From Burkholderiales bacterium (GTDB taxonomy: Bacteria > Pseudomonadota > Gammaproteobacteria > Burkholderiales > SG8-39): a stretch of 58,214 nt of DNA. A model generated the notes under the pieces. It did no database searches and had not been told where the DNA came from. It saw only the letters and a list, made by a program, of their open reading frames with translations. Position numbers and translations under genes: made by a program. The stretch is from positions 1-58,214 of the forward strand of contig JBBQCV010000001.1 in NCBI GenBank assembly GCA_038319115.1. The letters run 5' to 3'. Positions 56,796 to 58,214 of this stretch are shown in pieces (the first letter of the stretch is position 1; every line of letters begins with the position of its first letter).

Positions 56796-57460
56796 GGAAT
56801 GACTTCAGGTTGGCTGGAGCGCTGCAGGAAATCCTCGACCATCGGGCGTAGCGTCGCCGCCTCGGCCGCGGCGGCGGGGGCGCCCTGCGGCGAAGCGAGG
56901 CCGACACGGTTGTGCCACAGCGTGGTCATGCCGATGCGGGCGGTGCCGATCAGGTCGAAGCCCGAGCCGGCGACGAACAAAACGCGCTCGGCGGGCAGGC
57001 CGAGGTCGCGCAGCGCCAGAAGGTAGGGCGCGGGATCGGGTTTGTAGAAGCCGGCGCGCTCGGCGGTCACGATGCACTCGAACGGCACCTGCATGAGCGC
57101 CGCCGCGCGGCGGCCGAGGACTTCGGAGCAGTTGGTCACCACCCCGAGGCGGTAGTGCGGCGCGAGCGCGCCAAGCAGCGCGACCGCGTCGTCCCAGGGC
57201 TGCAGCGTTTCCCATTCGAGGCAGAGGCGCGCGGCATGCTCGTTCGACAGGCCGCTCGCGCGGGCCGCTTCGGCCACCAGGCTTTCGTAGGGCAGATAGG
57301 TTCCGCAGCCGTAGGTGAGGCGCAGGTACTCGGCGCGCCACCTGCGTCCTGCTTCCTCGCTGCCGGCCACGCGGTTCCACAACGCCCATGAGTCGATCAG
57401 GGCCGTGAGCAGGTCGAACAGGATCGCGTCGTAGCGCGGCGGTGCGGCGGGGGTTTGCAT
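56792..57460 (-). CDS. HAD-superfamily hydrolase (mirror copy)
   Basis: Mirror copy of 755..1423; palindrome caveat. Confidence 0.75.
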   Translation of the reverse strand: MQTPAAPPRYDAILFDLLTALIDSWALWNRVAGSEEAGRRWRAEYLRLTYGCGTYLPYESLVAEAARASGLSNEHAARLCLEWETLQPWDDAVALLGALAPHYRLGVVTNCSEVLGRRAAALMQVPFECIVTAERAGFYKPDPAPYLLALRDLGLPAERVLFVAGSGFDLIGTARIGMTTLWHNRVGLASPQGAPAAAAEAATLRPMVEDFLQRSSQPEVIP

Positions 57461-57494
57461 GCCACGGAGGATAGCGTGGCCTCGCGTCGGTTTC

Positions 57495-58148
57495 CTAGAA
57501 TTTCGGGATCCGCAGCGTCTTGCTGATCATCAGCGTGCCCGAGAGCACGAACAGCAGGCTCAAGGGGTGCAGGTCCCAGCCCAGCGACCACACGCCGCCA
57601 TACAGGGCCTCGCCGATGCGGCCGCGCCACACAGCGAAAGTGAGCAGCGCGGTGAGCACCACGCTGGAGGGAATGGGGGTGCCTTCGAAATAGGCGACCT
57701 TGCCGCTATCGGTGGCGAGGCTCTCGGCCGTGACGTTGAAGCGCGCGAGGCGGCTCACGCCGCAGCAGACAAAGTAGATCAGCGCGAACGCATCCCACCC
57801 GCCACGCATGCCCGCGGCGAAGGCGAGGGCGGCAGGGGCCACCCCGAACGAGATCACGTCGGCGAGCGACTCGAGTTCGCGTCCGAAGGCCGAGTGGGTG
57901 TGGCGCGCGCGCGCGATGCGCCCGTCGAGCACGTCGAAGAAGAACGCCAGCGGCGCCATCGCCGCGGCCCAGAGGAAATGGCGGATCCAGCCGCTGTCGA
58001 TGAACAGCATGGCGAGGAACACGCCGGCCACCCCGCACGCCGCGTTGGCCAGCGTGAACAGGTCGGCGAGGTGGAAGCTGCGCACCATCGAAAGGTGTCG
58101 CGGCGCGCCTTGCTCGAGGGCGGTTTCGAGGATCGTCTTCAAGGCCAT
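57495..58148 (-). CDS. pssA: Phosphatidylserine synthase (mirror copy)
   Basis: Mirror copy of 67..720; palindrome caveat. Confidence 0.85.
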   Translation of the reverse strand: MALKTILETALEQGAPRHLSMVRSFHLADLFTLANAACGVAGVFLAMLFIDSGWIRHFLWAAAMAPLAFFFDVLDGRIARARHTHSAFGRELESLADVISFGVAPAALAFAAGMRGGWDAFALIYFVCCGVSRLARFNVTAESLATDSGKVAYFEGTPIPSSVVLTALLTFAVWRGRIGEALYGGVWSLGWDLHPLSLLFVLSGTLMISKTLRIPKF

Positions 58149-58158
58149 CTCCGGTGGA

Positions 58159-58197
58159 GGGGTTGGGCAGGTGGGTTAGGCAGGCGGGTTGGGCAAG
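58159..58197 (-). repeat. Three tandem 13-nt repeats (mirror copy of 18..56)
   Basis: Reverse complement of 18..56, read directly from the sequence. Confidence 0.8.
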
Positions 58198-58214
58198 TTC
58201 GTGCGCAGGGCCTG

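Larger units (their letters stand above)
29108..58214. repeat. Right arm of the perfect inverted repeat; exact reverse complement of 1..29107 with no spacer
   Basis: Same evidence as the left arm. No mismatch found in any region checked by eye, and no ORF lacks a mirror twin. Confidence 0.97.

Noticed and set aside
29108-58214. Treating the right arm as a genuine second copy of 26 genes (paralogous operons or a segmental duplication)
   Set aside because: Identity extends through intergenic DNA and homopolymers, has no spacer and reaches both window ends. That pattern points to a fold-back artefact or hairpin read-through rather than independently maintained paralogues. I list the mirror CDSs only because they exist in the given sequence.
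1-58214. CRISPR arrays, tRNA/rRNA genes, integrases or transposases, toxin-antitoxin or phage-defence modules
   Set aside because: I scanned the intergenic regions and the ORF list. I found no regularly spaced repeats, no cloverleaf-like or rRNA-like segments, and no recombinase, nuclease or defence-family motifs. The class III cyclase does not have the short stand-alone Pycsar-type layout with an adjacent effector.

Overview
The dominant feature is structural. The whole 58,214-bp window is one perfect, spacerless palindrome. Positions 1..29107 are the exact reverse complement of 29108..58214, so x pairs with 58215-x, and the axis reads ccgtgcc|ggcacgg. Every ORF in all six frames has an identical twin on the other arm. 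My hand checks of both termini, the axis, an intergenic stretch and a G9/C9 homopolymer found no mismatch. The window therefore holds only about 29.1 kb of unique sequence with 26 genes. The right arm is most likely not an independent locus. A fold-back or chimeric long-read or assembly artefact is the leading explanation. Read-through of a covalently closed hairpin telomere, or a genuine giant inverted duplication, are less likely alternatives. The unique arm looks like ordinary high-GC accessory and catabolic DNA of a Burkholderiales-type betaproteobacterium. That placement is inferred from five Bug/TctC-family binding proteins and the codon style. The arm encodes PssA, a HAD hydrolase, a DSD1-type PLP enzyme, a HutD-like protein and a membrane/2Fe-2S/class III nucleotide cyclase. 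It also encodes a diiron ferritin-like protein, PPK2, a SAM-methyltransferase-regulatory-domain protein, an EamA transporter and a Cys-type sulfatase. One aromatic-type cluster runs Rieske oxygenase, Bug, PcaH-like dioxygenase, LigI-like amidohydrolase, SDR. A second cluster runs Qor, HyuA, HyuB, GlcG-like, Bug, acyl-CoA ligase. EttA and a secreted DsrE-like protein complete the arm. I saw no rRNA, tRNA, CRISPR array, transposase, integrase or recognisable defence system. I cannot support a claim of a new multi-gene biological system here; the palindrome itself most needs a second look. All product calls come from motif and family recognition by eye, not from database searches.
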